The notes under the pieces: generated by a model
Told to the model about the DNA's origin: nothing
What the model saw: the letters and a program-made list of their open reading frames with translations, nothing else
The model's database searches: none
Translations under genes and position numbers: made by a program
Part shown: in pieces, positions 10,343-22,021 of the stretch
Position numbering within the stretch: position 1 is the stretch's first letter
How the letters are laid out: each line of letters begins with the position of its first letter
Assembly (NCBI GenBank): GCA_973895155.1
Contig: OZ316894.1
Span: 22,353,867-22,417,866 of the forward strand
Direction of reading: 5' to 3'
Length of the DNA: 64,000 nt
From: Marsupella aquatica
Taxonomy: Eukaryota; Plantae; Marchantiophyta

Positions 10343-13300
10343 ATGATCAATTTTACACGAGGGGATGAAGTGTCATTGGTGATCGATGGATTTGAAACGG
10401 CAATTGGGATAGTTCAAAAGGTTGACCCCCAGGATACTATACAGAACATTTGTCTAGGGGACAATCGAATTGGGGTATTGATCAAAAAGTGTTTTGATGG
10501 ATCGCGTCAACTTCCATTTCCTTCGCCCAAATTTTCTACATTGGCTGAGGCAATTGACTCCTGCGTGGTTTGGGATTGTGCATTGGCATACTTGAGGTCA
10601 TCAACTCAGCGTCGAAGAATCAATGTCGATGATTTCTCTTTGGCTGGAGATGCTGGAAATGATAAATCCAAAATTGATGCAAGGGTTGAAGAGGACGTGT
10701 TCAAGGAAAGAGATGAAGTTCAGATGTTCATTTTTGATCAGTTGGTTGCAAATGGAGTCGTTTTCAAGACAAATCCGATGGATATTTGTCATACTGAAAC
10801 ACTCGGGGTTGGTCGCATAAGTATAAGAATATCTGATATTGTTAAGGGAAATCAAAAATTGCCATACTCGCACCCTGGAGCTGATACAATAGAAGAGGCC
10901 TTGCATACCTGGGTTATCTGGGATGTTGCGCATGTTTCTAGAAAGGGCACTCTACGAGATTTTGGCGTGTTTGGTAGTTCAAATATTTTCAATGATCTTC
11001 CATTAAAAGATTTTACACTACATTCCAACTGGATGGCGGAGGAGGTTGATTTGTATGACGCTTCTCGTTGTCGAAAGGTTGCAACAGGTGTTATCACGGT
11101 CCCATTTGAAACAGGTGCCGTTGATGATGAACTTCTTGGTGCAGATCATGTTGGTGTTGCTGTTGTGAATATCAATGAACCCGGATTATTTCCAAATATC
11201 CGTGTTGGTACCCCTGGCTTGGTGAGGTGGGAAATCAAATCCCTTCTATTGATTTCGTCTCAAAGGTTTCTTGGGGATATCCTTGAGGAAGTTTCAGAGA
11301 AGTGGATGGAGTCGGGTCGAACTAAGGGCGATCCGGATTCGGATGGTGATGGTAAACCTACAAAAAGACCATATAATTTCATTAGGAGGACAAAAGTTGA
11401 TCTTGAGGAGAGGAAGAAAAGGCATTTGGAGTCGAGGGCACTTTTGAAAATTAACGAGGAGTCCATTGATTCCATCCAAAGAGAAGGTTGTTGCAAGCTG
11501 AAGTGTTGCTTGAACATGCCCAGGGAGGACTTAGAGGCAATGAGGAGGGAATACCATGGAATGTCAAGTGACAACAAAAAAAGTCACATCTTTAGTCTCT
11601 TTGGGTGTAGAGAGGAGCAAGTCAAGAGAAAGGGATTTTTTGTTCTAAAGGGACGTGTGGTTTGTAAAGATGCATTTATTAAAATGCATGGGTTCAGTAC
11701 AACAAAGTACTATGACTACAAAAATCAATACAAAGCTGGTTGCACAATTGGTTTCCATGGAAATCAGGGACAACGGAAGACACGATCAAGCACTTTGCAC
11801 GCTCGCGCCTTGTTGGAGTCCATTTTAATCCAAAATGGGGAACCAATGCCACATCTTCCCTATGGTGGGTTCAACGGCACTGACACTATTGAATATCGGC
11901 TCCCATCTTGTTTTACTAAGAAGGAGATTTTCCAAGAGGTGTTTACCAAGATGGAATTAGATGGGTTTGCTAAGGTTACTGAAGTTACTATGTACAACAT
12001 CTGGAAAAACTCATTTGATAATTTTGACTTTCACAAGGGAAGTGCATTTGCCAAGTGCACATTTTGCACTGAGTTCAAAGATCAATTGATGCGGGAGAAG
12101 AGAAAAAAAGAGCGTGCAGAGATTGAAGAGAAAAGAGCGCGACATCTTTGTGAACAAATGTCAAGAAGATATGTTTACTATGCTCATAGGGTTCTTGCAA
12201 AGAAGGATCCTCAAAACTATCTTTGCATTATTCACGATAAGATGGATCAAGCCAAGACTTGGATCCCCAGGTTGGTCCCCACTCCAAATCCCTCTCTGGT
12301 AGTGGTCAGCCTTTGCCTATTGCTCTTACTGGGATGTTAACCCATGGAAGAGATCCTGGAGTGTATGCACATTTTAGTTTGACTGGACTTTGGCTTGGAG
12401 ATGCAGACTTTACCGTGACATCTTTGGCCAAATGCCTTCGAGATTTGGAAGATTACACAGGAGACAAAACTAGAGACCTTCTTGAGGGATTGAATTGGAA
12501 TGCAACTAGGCCAATATTTCAGTCCCTTCTAGACTTTGAAGCATTTCTGGCCGGTTACTTGGAACCCAAAAATGTTTCAATTGTTCGATTTCAAGGCATT
12601 GAAGATGGTCAGGAGACTAAAAAGTCAAGCACAGTGGATGTTGGTTCTAAGGATGATCCTGAGACTACTAGGGGCTCTTTCAAGCCCTTACCAAGGCACC
12701 TAATGTTGCAGATGGACAATTCAGGGAAAGATAACAAAAATCAATATGTGATGGCATTTTGCACTGAGCTTGTTAGCAGGGGGTGTTTGAAACTGTGCAA
12801 ATGTCATTCCTCATGGTTGGCCACACCCATGAAGACGTGGATGCATTATTTTCTCAAGTATCCAAACAGGTCAGATACAAAGAGGTTGCTACCCTCTTGG
12901 GGTTGATGGCTGAGGTTTGGGAGTGTGAAAGCATTCATCCTGTACCACGATTGATTCAAGAGGTTGCATCTTACAAGGAGTATTTGAAAACTTTCCAGGT
13001 GAAAGAGATAGAAGGTCACTCAAAACCAGTGGCTTTTCTTTTCTCCATGAGGGATAATGTGCCAGTGTATCAATATAAAGCACATGTCAAGCAACCTTGG
13101 CTTCCGGCAATGGGGAGGTCCATTTGGAGAACTGATCCCATCACAAATGCGCTCATTTGACCGGAAGGCCAACCATTTGCAAAACCTATATCTGGGATGT
13201 ACAAAAGAAGGCTGGAGAAATCATCCCATTCCTTAATCGCTATATTGATTTCTTGAAGAAAAGTTGTAAGGATGAGACCTCTGCAGCATATAAAGAGAGA

Positions 13301-14056
13301 TTTCCTCTGGTCAAATATTGGGAGAATCTTGTGCAAGCACTGTCCGAGGAACTTACAATAGAAGGGGAGGGGGAAAGATATTTGTCATTGACAACTGATT
13401 TTTGGCCAAAGACTAACCATGGCACAGGTTACAAGATGATTTTGGGGACATCTCAGCCGTCAAGTGAACCTTCTCAAAATCCAGAGATGATGGACCTTCA
13501 AAATGAGTACATGGAAGAGATGGAAGATCAAGCTGCACCCTTTGTTGGTGCACGACAAGAGCGAGAACCTGCACGTTGGATTCCTCTACAAGATATTCAA
13601 GAAGGTCACTTTGTATTTTTACGTCCAGAGGATGAATGGGAACAGGAAAATGGCAAAGGGCGTTTCTGGTTGGTTCGAGCTTTGGGTGGTGTGGATCCAA
13701 ACCATGAGGTTCCCTCAATAGATTTGCAACATATTGAAGGGTCTTCTTCAACGTCTGTTGAGAGCATTCCTCTTAGGAATGCTCCTATGTTCCAAGTACA
13801 ATGGTGGAGGCCTAAACATGGTAAGCATGATGCAAAGGATGATGTTCGATATGAACGTTGCTTTCAAACCACTAAGACTTGGGAGCTGGATCCTGGGTTT
13901 GACAATGTTACTCAAAGTTAGCAGTTTGCAAATTCTGCAATGTATGGGTTTAAGTCAGGTGCTAAAGAACAAAATATTATGGATAGAGGTTTGACAATTC
14001 CTAAGAATGTTTTGAAAACTCTCAAAATTTACATGGAAGGTATAATTGATGAGTAG
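10343..14056 (+). pseudogene. Disrupted DUF7869/Sola-like DDD transposase with three N-terminal En/Spm TNP1-like domains
   Basis: Four overlapping ORFs join via frameshifts and stops. Motifs: CC..CC, CTFC, IIHDKMDQ, LQMDNSGKDNKN, SFLMVGHTHEDVDALFS. Three repeats of (A/V)xGxV...LG...LP...W at the N-terminus. The frame continues past TAG 13919 to TAG 14054..14056. Confidence 0.8.
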
Positions 14057-14139
14057 ATTGATAGAACTCGTAGGTTACAAGTCTCCACTCAAATGACTTG
14101 TGATTAAGAGGGTCGAGTTGATTTCCATGCATTGGTCTA

Positions 14140-17100
14140 TGTGGTGCGTCCCATGGCTCCCTAAACCCAAGAAACCCCCCAGCTCAAGCCGATTCCCGCA
14201 GGTTTTGTGTTTGGCGAGGCCGTTTCCGCGGCTTAGCGGCATGGGACGCTGCTAACCTTCTACTACTACTATTAACATTTTACACACATATACTGGACAG
14301 ATCCTTCATCGGGTCATGAGATACGTAGCCGGCCTAATATAGGCCTTCCCCTGTCTTCCCCTGTCTTCTTGTTAGGTATGTTTGGATTCCGCCGCCGGAA
14401 TGATCCCCAATAGGCTTGGTTAAGCCGCTAAGACCTCTCTCAGCTCGACACATCCAACTCTCACTCCCCTGCTTACTTTCCTTCCTTCTGTTGATGTGGG
14501 CACTCTTCACACAAGTTAATGCGACACACAAATAGCAAAATGACTCATTCTGACTGAGTCATACCATGCACTTGCCATACAAACAGTACATCTCATACAC
14601 AAGTTCTGCGAACTAAGCCGTGAGGCCAACTCTATTCAGCTCTTAGGCATGAGGAAACATGAATATACACAAGGGTCATTGTATGACTAACCGAGAGCTT
14701 CTCGTACTACTTGATCCCAGCCCGGCTGGTGCAAACTAAAAACTTGCTAAAGAAGAGGCCCTGAGCTCCCCGCTGCCCAGGTACTTATCCTGGTAGTGGA
14801 TCCGCCATTCTTTGCATCGTAAGCCTAATCTACCTGACAGTAATCTACTTGCCCGAATCTACCTATGTACAGCAAGGCAGGAGCACAAGTGTTGCTCCTA
14901 CCAGTGGGACCGCAATCCCACTAAGCTAAGTGTCAGGGCCGCTCCTGGTTCTGATCCTAATCCTAAACGTGGAGATCCGCGCCCGCCCTGCCCACTCACG
15001 CCTCCTCCCTCCACGTCCGCCCTCCCTAAAAGGAACGGCGCCCTTGCACCGTCACGACACCGGTGGTGGATCCTCAATGGACGCCCCCAACACTTCCTCC
15101 TCAGCCACTGCCGTTGGCCCGCCTACTGACAGATTACCTGCCCTTGACCGAGTCAACTCTCCATCGGCCTGACTGGGTCCACCTTCGGCTTCAGCCTCGA
15201 CACCGGCCTCGGCAATACCCACGGCTTCGGCCTCAGCCACTCCCACGGCTTCGGCTTCAGCCACTCCCTCGGCTTCGGCCTCCCCTTCCCCTAGGGTAGT
15301 TGGATCCTTAGCCGTGACCCTGTCTGGGGTCGGTGCTGGGTCTACCTCCTTGATCACCACGGCCTGTGAAGTCGTATTACTCCTTGACCCTAAAGGTTTC
15401 CGCTTCTTCTTCGTTGGTGGCTCGGCAGCTGGTCCCTTCCCCTTCCCACTTACTTCCGGCACTGGTGCAGTTGACGCGGCTTGTCCTTCGGCAATTACCA
15501 TCCCTGGTAACTGGTTTGTCCCAACGGGAGATGGACCTGCTGCAGCTAAGCATTTAAATACTGCGGCTTGTTTCTTCAGCCGCTCTGTTTGGTTGTCGGC
15601 CCGCCGCTGTAGGTTCTCCATCTTCCTCGTGATTTCCTCCAACTCCTCTTGGGTTTCATCCAGGTCCTTACGTGCCCCCTCCAGCTCGTTTTTGGCCTCC
15701 TCCTGCTCCCTGTGGGCTTCCTCCAATTCCTTCTTCAAGGTAGCCCTCTCCTCCCGGGTTGCTCTTAGCTCCTTGTCGAGCTCTGCAATGATGACAGACT
15801 CCATCTGGTTCATCTTGGCGTAAGTCTGTTCGAGCATCTCGTCCTTCTCCCTTAGGTCGGCCTTGAAGCTGGCCGTCAGGGACGCAAGCTCCTGCTGCAG
15901 CGCCATAATCCCTTGATAGGATTTCCCTAACTCGACCTCCTTCTGCTCAAGGGCTCCGCGGATTTTCTTGAGCTCCCCTTTCAACGCCCATTCCTTTCTT
16001 TGGGTCTCCGCCATGGCCCGGCTGTTGGCTGTTATGTGGGCCTCCTCTGTATTCTTCAGCTCTTGCTTCCACTTCTCCCTCTCTTTGATCGTGTCGGCCA
16101 ACTCTTCCTGCGTCTGAGTCAGTTTATCCTTGATATTCTGATTATCAGCCTGCGCGGTGTCCAACTGCCCCTGCATGATGTTGAGCTCATGTCGTTTAAT
16201 CCGCAGTTCATCTTGGGCTTTCTTGGCCGCCCTTAGATCTTCAATCTCGGCTTCCATCCTCCTAAGTCGCCGAATGACCTCGTCCTTCTTGCTTCTCTCT
16301 AAAGCCACCGCTTCTTCTAATTGGTGCTTCTCCAACTGCTCCCTATGGAAAAAGGGTCCTACCTCCAACTCCTCTCCAAAGATGCCGAGCGCAAGTTCCC
16401 CACACATCTCACCATACTCCATGGCTCTATTCTTAGCGTAGGTGGAGTAAGTAGAAGTGATCGGCATCGCCCATCGTGGCCTCTGCTCCCAAGCCGTCCT
16501 GCGGATCTCTTCAATCGTGGCTAGAGGTTTGCTTCCTTTTTCGGCTAGCCGCCTGATGTCCTCCGGCCAATCTCCTCCTGGTAAATCCTTTTCCTTAGCC
16601 AGGGCGGCCTCTTCCTCCTGCTTGATTCGCTCCTGAAATTCCTGCACCGTCTGTTTTATGCCGTCGAAGCTCGGGGGAGCAACATCTGGTGGGGGAGACT
16701 CAGGGCTACTCTGCTGGTTGGGGTCCCCTCGCACTACCCTTGGAAGTGTGGGGACAAACCGGCCACAGGTCCTTACTCCTGGAACGTGATGGTCCGACCC
16801 ATAGCCGGAATTATCATGGCTGCAGTCCTCCACTGCCTCCTCTACCTCTTGGACGTCCGGCTTCTCCCTCTCCTCTTCGTCGGTAGGAGCTTCAGGCAAT
16901 TCTGCCTCAGATTCGGAGCTTGAGGTTCCCACGTACATTCGAACACCTGGCTTGGATTCCGGCCTGATTCTCTCCTTGTCTCCAGCAAAGGGGTTTTCTC
17001 TTGTGAGCCGGTGTAGGCCTACCTCTGTAGTAGTGTCCTGCATTGTTGCCGTTGCCGTTGTTGTTGCCGATGCCGATTTCTTTTCTTTCTCCAGTAGTTT

Positions 17101-18790
17101 CAGCAGACTCTGCATGCCTGGTTGCTGCATCGGCAAGTCTTCCTTCCTGGGCCTAAACACCTGCTCGATCGTAGGACTAACAGGTGGTTGAGGCTTCTTA
17201 GCCAACGGCCTCGGCGTTGGAGCTTCCTCGGGTGCCCTTACCTGCAGGGGAAGTACCGGGGCAAAAGTCTGACCTCTGGCATACCGGCACAACAGCGGCA
17301 TGTGATAGCCAAGCCGCGACACGCTCCCCATGCCGATTACCTGCTGCTCCTCCTTTAAGATCTTCTTCAATTGGTTGAGGAGGTACCCGTTGTAGTCCCG
17401 GCTTGGGTCTGGCCTTTCTGCCAGATAGACCTGTGCCTTGCCGATCTCTGCCCTCGGCAAGTTACAATGCATGGTCACCCGCAAGAAGTCGATCATCTCT
17501 CCTATGTGCGGGTTGGTGCAGGTGTTCCGGAAGAAGCCATTCTTCGTTGATGGCCCGGGGAACGACCGGAACTCCTTGTCAGGCAAGGTCTTCCTGGTAT
17601 CAACTTTGGTCTTATTGCCTATCGGCAGGCCAAACACTTCGGCAATTACCTTGGGAGTAAGATAGAAATCCTTCCCATATATCCTCGTGCAATTGGTCTC
17701 GGGTTCCCATGACCCCACGAATTCTAATAGGTCTGACTCCGGTACCTCCGGCTTCAGCCATGGTAATCTTACAAAGGCCTCCAAGCCGGATCCGGCCATG
17801 AAGCCTTGGTACTTCTTGGTCTGCATGGCCGTAAAGCATGCATCCTCCTCCCGTGCAAAATGTAGTTGCACCTCCACCGGTAGGGTTGCCGCCCAGCCCT
17901 TCCAGGTGTCATCTCTGGTTGGAATGGCCTTGATGGGATCGACCTCCTCCTCTTCGGCTTCTCCCTGCCTCCTGCTCTGCTGCTCGGCTGGCTTCTTTGG
18001 TGCCGCCGACCTCGTTCTTTTTGCCGGGGTGGCTTCATCGTTGACGGCTCCCTTCCTCTTCATCTCTGCTGCCGTGGAGGTTTCTCCTAGCACCGTTGCC
18101 TGGGTCCACCTTTCCGTGCAACCCTTTAATTCCCAGTGTATGTCGTTGCAGTTCTTGATGGCCTCTCGGATGCCGACGACGCTGTCTTTGCAAAACAGAA
18201 GATCGTCGAGTTGATTGGAAGTAGGCGTCCACAGGAACTCGTCCTTGATGAGTTCGCCTCCTAAGAAAGCCGTCTTCTACAGCTCCCACAATCGAGCGAG
18301 CTCCTGCCGTTCTCGAGCTGCCCTTTCTGATTCCTCGTCCTCGTAAGTCTTGATGTACTCAGTTGCCCGTTCGAACAGGCATCCCCAGAAATGTGCCGCT
18401 TGATTGATGTTGCTCATACCCTCCTTAGGTCGATCGTCGGTATCTACTCTCTCCCCGAGTGCTTGCCTAAGCAGCTGACAGTAGTTGGCCTCCCGTAGTC
18501 GTCTGCCTAGTTCGTGCTCGCAAATGAGCCACCATCTCCTGCAAGCGCTCCTTACCCCTCTCCTCTGCCGGTCCTTCTTCCCGTTGATCCTTCCTAGCCG
18601 CCGACGCTTAACGCGCCCTAACCCTAATCGGGTTTTCACCCTTAGCCTTACCTCCGGCCTCGGCCCGGGTTCCATGGTTGCCCCTAATTGTTTATATTTT
18701 CCTTGTTTTGTCACTATACTAAGGTGTTCCTAGGGTGCCTTCCTGCTTTACCCACTTAACCGGCCGAGTGATTCCTGTCTAGGCATCACA
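14140..18790 (-). repeat. 3' LTR (4651 bp)
   Basis: Near-identical to 25015..29665 and directly preceded on the minus strand by the PPT. Confidence 0.97.
15052..18675 (-). CDS. LTR-encoded accessory protein (PMD/Athila-extra-ORF-like domain plus long coiled coil), one in-frame TAG at 18277..18279
   Basis: The 145-aa and 1013-aa ORFs share a frame and are separated by one TAG plus 61 open codons. ATG at 18675 is in ACCATGG context. LLEFVGSWEPET...LTPKVIAEVFGLP motif and E/K/L heptad-rich region. Confidence 0.8.
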
Positions 18791-20236
18791 TAGCTCCCCA
18801 CTTAATTGTGAAGCGTCCTCGCAAACAACTTCATCTTCGTCCATATAGTATTTCTTGAGGCGGTCATAATGGATGCGAACTGGATATACCTCTCCCGTAA
18901 TGTTGGCCAATTGTACGGAGCCATTGGGGAACATCATGGTTACTCTAAAGGGTCCTAACCAGCGAGTGTAAAGCTTTCCTGGAAACCTACTATACCTACT
19001 GTCATAAAGTAGCACAAGATCACCGGTATGAATACTAACTACTTTTAACCTTTTATCATACTGCTGCTTCATGATATTCTGTCTATATTCTACTCTCTCG
19101 GCTGAAATCATTCTCGCTTCCTCTAAAGCTTCTAACCTATATTCTCGCTCCTTTAGGCTCTCCTCCGCTGAGGCTCTTTCCTCAATTGTAACTTGAAATA
19201 TCGGTATCTCAAGTTGCATGGGTACCAGGGCTTCTTGTCCAAAGGTTAAGAAGAAGGGTGTATGACCGGTAGTGGATTTATAGGCAAGATTGTAAGCAAA
19301 AACAGCAACAAACAATTTATCATCCCAATCGAGTTTGTTCTGAGCTACTGTCTTGTTCAATATCTTTCCTATGATCCCGTTTGCTCGTTCTGTCAAACCG
19401 TTTGCCTTTGGATGGTAGGGAGTAGTAGGCCTATGTTTAACTAAATACTGCTCATTTAAACGACTAATTATATCATTCAAAAAATGGGTTCTTCTATCAC
19501 TAACTAATTCTAGGGGTGCTCCATACCTGGTGAAGATCTGCTCATACATGAATCTAGCCGTAGTAATTGCATCATCCTTCGTTGTTGGTCTGGCCTCTAC
19601 CCATTTAGTTGCATAATCCGTAGCCAGGATTATGTACTTGTTCCGTCGAGGGTGGGTCAGTGGTTTCAGAGGTCCAATGTAATCAATACCCCACTTCTCG
19701 AATGGTGCCAGAGGTAGAATAGGGTGCAGTGGATGCCTGGTGGACGCCCTTGGTCCTCCCGCTCGTTGACAAGGATCGCATTGTTTGATAAACTGATAGA
19801 CATCTTTGTGCAAGGTGGGCCACCAGTAACCGGCATTTAATATCTTCTTAGACGTGGTTACTGGGGCAAAATGTCCTCCGGCCTCCTCTCCATGCATGGC
19901 CCGTAGGACTCGTTTTACCTCTCTCTTTTCCAAACACCTTTGAATCGTGCCGTTGATTCCATGCTTGTGTAGTATGCCTTTAATGCACTGATACTGTCTG
20001 ACCTTCCGCACAAAGACTGCGGCTTGCTCTCGGCTTAATCCTGGCTGTAATCTGGAAGTGCTGAGAAATTGTAAAATCTTAGGGTACCATGTACCAGCTA
20101 TTTCCACAACGAATAGCTCCTCGTCGGGGAATCGATCATCGATGCAATCCGTGGCAGGTTTACCTGTGATCCTTGAAAAGAAGTCGGCATTGGCATGTAA
20201 CTTTCCCGGCTTGATCCTTAGCTCATAGTCAAACTC
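18779..20236 (-). CDS. pol: End of RNase H plus integrase (3' part of pol)
   Basis: HHCC (MHG..GHF..CDPCQ), DDE (GIDY, VSD, TER) and GPF module. In frame with the RT ORF across one TAG. The stop codon lies inside the 3' LTR. No chromodomain. Confidence 0.95.
   Translation of the reverse strand, partial: EFDYELRIKPGKLHANADFFSRITGKPATDCIDDRFPDEELFVVEIAGTWYPKILQFLSTSRLQPGLSREQAAVFVRKVRQYQCIKGILHKHGINGTIQRCLEKREVKRVLRAMHGEEAGGHFAPVTTSKKILNAGYWWPTLHKDVYQFIKQCDPCQRAGGPRASTRHPLHPILPLAPFEKWGIDYIGPLKPLTHPRRNKYIILATDYATKWVEARPTTKDDAITTARFMYEQIFTRYGAPLELVSDRRTHFLNDIISRLNEQYLVKHRPTTPYHPKANGLTERANGIIGKILNKTVAQNKLDWDDKLFVAVFAYNLAYKSTTGHTPFFLTFGQEALVPMQLEIPIFQVTIEERASAEESLKEREYRLEALEEARMISAERVEYRQNIMKQQYDKRLKVVSIHTGDLVLLYDSRYSRFPGKLYTRWLGPFRVTMMFPNGSVQLANITGEVYPVRIHYDRLKKYYMDEDEVVCEDASQLSGELCDA
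18791..18804 (-). promoter_or_regulatory. Polypurine tract
   Basis: TAAGTGGGGAGCTA immediately before the TGTGATG start of the 3' LTR. Confidence 0.85.
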
Positions 20237-22021
20237 CTATAATAGCAAAATCCATCTTGCTACTCTGCCTGTAAGGTCCGGCTTATTGACTAGGTACTTC
20301 AAACTTTCATGATCAGTATGAAAGATTACCTTGTACCCTAGTAAATAATGCCTAAACTTTTTACAAGAATAAATGACTCCTAATGCTTCTCTTTCCGTGG
20401 TAGAGTAGTTCCGTTCGGCATCGGCAAGCTGACGGCTTGCGAAGTATATGGGATGGTCCCTTCCTTTCTCATCCAACTGACTTAGTACTGAGCCAATACA
20501 GAAGCCCGAGACATCTACAAAAACATGAAAATCTTTGTTCCAGTCCGGTGCTATCATGACTGGGGCCTCTACTAACATCTGCTTCAATTCTACCACCGCT
20601 GTGACTTGTTCGGGTGTGGGTTCGAAGTCTGCTCCTGCCTTGAGCATATTGGTTAATGGTAAAGCCAGCTTGGCAAAATCCTTGATGAACCGGCGATAGT
20701 AACCAATGCATCCCAAGAAGGATCCTACATCCTTTATGTTCTTAGGTTGCATGATATCTAGCCATACTGCTAGCTTACCTTTGTCAATCTCAATGCCCTT
20801 CCTTGATACCTTGTGACCTAGTAGCACCCCCTCGGTTACTGCAAAAAAACATTTATCTGGGTGTAACTTGAGACCCACCTCTCTACATCTCATGAAGGTT
20901 TTCCTGAGGTATTTAGCATGTTTCGATGCCTTCCCGAATACTGCAAAGTCATCAATGAAGATTTCCATGAACTTTCTCAAGTAATCATGAAAAATGTTCA
21001 CCATTAATCGTTGGAACATAGCTGGTGCGTTGCAGAGTCCAAACGGCATACGATTGAAGACATAGATCCCCCATTCCGTGATGAAGGCCGTCTTGATTTG
21101 GTCTTCCTGCCGAATCCTGATTTGGTTATAACCAGAGTATCCATCCATGAATGAATATAGTTCATGACTGGCTACCATGTCTAGTACCATATCAGTAAAC
21201 GGTAAAGGAAAATGGTCTTTTAATGTTGCTTCATTCAGCTTCCTGTATTCCTGACAAACCCGGATCTTGGGTTTACCATCGGGTCCAGCTTTCTTGGGAA
21301 CTATCACAATTGGAGACACCCAGTCTGAATGCAGGACTGGAGTGATGAATCCAGCTTCCACTAGTTTGTCGATTTCTGTTTTGACCAGCAGGGAATACTT
21401 CGGGTTCATCCTTCGAATTGGTTGTCGAAATGATTTGGCTCCTAACATGAGATCAATTCGATGTTCCCCTAGTGTTGGATCTACTCCCTTTAGATCTTGG
21501 TGACTCCATGCAAACACATCCTGAAATTCAATCAATAAGTCACTGATCTCTTTCTCGAGCTCAGGTGCTAGGTTTCTCCCTAAGTTCAGTTCTCTTCCCT
21601 CTCCTAAGTCGAGCTTCCGATATTGCCGTGCTTGGATCATATTAATCTGCTTCTTCAAATTCGGGTCCAGTTCGGCTTCCAGTCTCTCTAATCTCATACC
21701 TCCATAAACTGGGATTTCGGCTGGACTAGCCGAGTCGGTCCCTTCCTTGGTGTCCATAGATTGTCCCCTTACCGGTCTATTCGGTTTTGAATTAGTGGTC
21801 GGCTCCCCTTCCTGCCTTGGCTCTAGATCGTGTCTGTCCATCTCATCCACCTCTTGCTCCTGAGAGTTAGGCCGCTGTGCTCTCTCGGCTTCTAATAGGG
21901 CCTCAATTTGTTCTGCCCTCGTAATCGGCTTGTATGCCGATCCCTTGGTATTTAATTCCTTGCCGATGATCGATGGCGTTGTGGACCCCGTTGGCTCTGC
22001 CACAACGCCTGCAGAAAATCC
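20237..22021 (-). pseudogene. pol: Reverse transcriptase-RNase H with premature TAG
   Basis: DHFPLPF, DGYSGYNQI, MPFGLCNAP, FIDDF, RNYSTTERE, TDH. WILLL*EFDY has TAG in place of the conserved Gln. Confidence 0.95.

Noticed and set aside
14764-14771. Relic PPT downstream of the LTR ORF (GGGGAGCT)
   Set aside because: Only an 8-nt match and not followed by a TG terminus-like sequence.
18616-18627. Telomere-like CCCTAACCCTAA
   Set aside because: Only two units, inside coding sequence (RLGLG).
15052-18675. Calling the LTR ORF an envelope gene
   Set aside because: No signal peptide or transmembrane stretch is visible; the protein is charged and coiled-coil.
14812-18733. Plus-strand ORFs in the LTR (and duplicates at 25687..29608)
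   Set aside because: Antisense shadows of the long GC-rich minus-strand ORF.
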